DNA from: Octopus sinensis
Lineage: Eukaryota
DNA length: 64,000 nucleotides
Reading direction: 5' to 3'
NCBI RefSeq assembly: GCF_006345805.1
Contig: NW_021825821.1
Coordinates: forward strand, 372,001 to 436,000
Of the stretch, positions 61,935 through 64,000 are shown one piece after another. Each line of letters begins with the position of its first letter. Positions within the stretch are counted from its first letter, which is position 1. The translations under genes and the position numbers were made by a program. The notes below the pieces were generated by a model. It was not told where the DNA came from and did not search any database. It worked only from the letters and a program-made list of their open reading frames with translations.

Positions 61935-64000
61935 TACTAGAATTCTGCTATCGACATTGAGAAAGACATTATCGCTAATTATACTGGCCCGAATCAAAGA
62001 CCGAGTAAACAGTTTTTTATCCCATGGACAAAGTGGATTCAGGGAGGAAAGATCAACAGCTGATGTAATTTGGACATAAAGATGGACTGGTGCCCTGTGC
62101 CAAAAATATAAAAAGTGTTTTGAAATTCTTGGGGTAGACATGACTCGGGTCTTCGACTCCATTCACAGAGGGCTCCTTATGGAAGTATTAAAGAGCTTCC
62201 TCCATTCAGACGAAACATGAATGATAAATCTTCTCCTAGTGCAGGGGTCGGCAAAAGCAGGCTCGCGAGCCTTTGAAGGCTCTTTAAATCTTACGGTAGG
62301 CTCTTTCAATTTTTAACTATTTTTTTAATAAATGATTTTAATTTTTAACTATTTTTTTTGTTTTGTTAATAACAAAAAATCTTTGCACGTTTAACATTAA
62401 TTTTTTGTGGTACATCGATATATGACTAGCAATAAAAAAATTAATAAAAAATCGATAATGGGCGACATTTTCAATCAAAATGGACTGAAATTTTTGCATT
62501 CACGTCTAATTCAGAACAACTACCGAAATGTCTCATTTGCCAGGAAACTTTGAATCAAAATAAAAAGTCAAATTTAGAGAGACACTTTAACACAAAACAC
62601 TCAAATTTCGCAAAAAAATATCCAATTAGTGATTCCCGAAAGAAAGCTGTAGAAAAACTTGCAAAGAATAATCAGATTGAGAATTCCGCTTTTAAATATT
62701 GGTATCACAATGCCAGGACTGCAAATATTGCCAGTTTTTTGACAAGCCACGAGATCGCAAAAAGGGGAAAACCATTTACCGATGGCGAATTTATAAAGGC
62801 ATGTTTCATTAAAACCTCTGAAGAACTTTGAAATCAACGCAGCTGAGTTCGAAATGCAGCTATTGGACTTGACATGCAAGGAATTATGGGCATCAAAATT
62901 TATTCGCCTTTCAGAATTACTTGAAACCTTGAAACAGAAACATTGTCTGGTAAAATTAAAAATGATATTAATGTTATACAAAAGAAACTTGAAGATGTGA
63001 TTTTCGAAACTTGAATTCTCTTCCAGATTCTTATTATGAATTAAAAAAATTTGCATACGGAATTTTGACAATATTCGGGTCCACTTATATGTGTGAACAA
63101 AGTTTTTCTTATATGAATTATATAAAATCTAAATTAAGGAACAAAATTACAGATTCGAATTTGGAATCTAACCTCAGATTAAAATTAACGACTTACGACC
63201 CAGACATTAACCAACTCATCAAAGAAATGAGGAATCACATTTCTCATTAATGCGTCTGATTAATTTAATTTTTAAAATGAATTCTTAATTATTTTTTAAA
63301 TTAATGTCTATTTAATTTTATGAATTTAAATTTTTGACAAGTGGTAAAAGGTGGCTCTTCAATTTTTCGAAATTTCCAAAAATGTTCAAAATTGGCTCTT
63401 CTCCAAAAGTATTTGCCGACCCCTGTCCTAGTGAACAGCCAACTCGCCGTTAAAGTCGGAAAGACGACATCAAGATACTTCGAAACAACACGAGGTGTTC
63501 CACAAGGAGACTCGCTATCTCCCGTGCTTTTTATTGTGTATCTTGAGGCCGCTCTGAGGGACTTTAAATCAGTTATAAAAAATGATTATCACGAGATATC
63601 CTACGCAGATGACTTGGACTTTGTGTCGGACGACGGAGAAATTCTCAAATATATATAATATGCTTCCGAACAAATTCGAAAAATGGTTTCTCACTGTGAA
63701 CACCGAAAAAACCGAATATATATCCTTAAGCCGATCGGAAAGACGCATTGATGAATCATGGAGAAGGCACAAAAGGTTGGGAACGCTCCTGGGAGACACA
63801 GAGGATGTTACCCGAAGGAAAATCCTTTCAAATAGAGCCTTTAGAAAACTTATGTCTTTATGGGGAACTAAAAAGAAGCTAACTGGAAAAACGAAAATAA
63901 GGATATACAACTCGTTTGTATTGCCAATCCTTACTTACAACTGTGGAACCTGGGGACTCACAAAACTGGAAAATCAGAAACTAGACAGTTTCCATAGATC
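61935..64000 (+). mobile_element. RTE-like LINE RT region, split by the hAT at 62242-63425 and running off the window
   Basis: QSGFREERSTAD and VDMTRVFDSI on the left; GVPQGDSLSPVLFIVYLEAALR, YADD and VNTEKTE on the right. Confidence 0.9.
62242..63425 (+). mobile_element. Internally deleted SPIN/Charlie hAT, 1184 bp, perfect 8-bp TSD TCCTAGTG
   Basis: 14-bp TIR CAGGGGTCGGCAAA; CLIC..K.NLERHFNTKH, KPFTDGEFIK and FGSTYMCEQSFS; the catalytic middle is missing. Confidence 0.95.

Overview
AT-rich eukaryotic (metazoan) genomic window. Small islands of tightly packed housekeeping genes sit in a dense, nested transposon landscape. The genes are broken by tiny spliceosomal introns (mostly 23-31 nt), so the ORF track shows only fragments. 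Reconstructed by hand-splicing: MFAP1, Akirin-like, a ciliary NWE-motif protein (CFAP107-like), ZCCHC10, a divergent Arp3, MTG1, WDR74, a possible FAM114-like gene, a UCH-L3-like protease and Nup153. TNFAIP8 and a possible MED30 are single ORFs, and several genes are orphans. Micro-introns, metazoan genes and a ciliary gene together suggest a dicyemid/orthonectid-like animal (inference only). Mobile elements include Tc1/IS630, hAT (SPIN/Charlie and Buster types), Merlin/ISXO2, a Helitron, and RTE-like, Jockey-like, CRE-clade and R4/Dong-like non-LTR retrotransposons. Most notable: (1) DNA-transposon transposase genes that carry host-style micro-introns; (2) a hAT > Helitron > LINE nest in which the Helitron sits between the A and T of the transposase start codon and carries a ~93-bp minisatellite; (3) a 5'-truncated but otherwise near-open CRE retroelement plus four more fragments; (4) core proteins with altered key motifs (Arp3 DSGHG; Akirin lacking the C-terminal SYVS). 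Many frameshifts fall in homopolymers and may be sequencing errors. All homology calls are from motif recognition by eye, not database searches.
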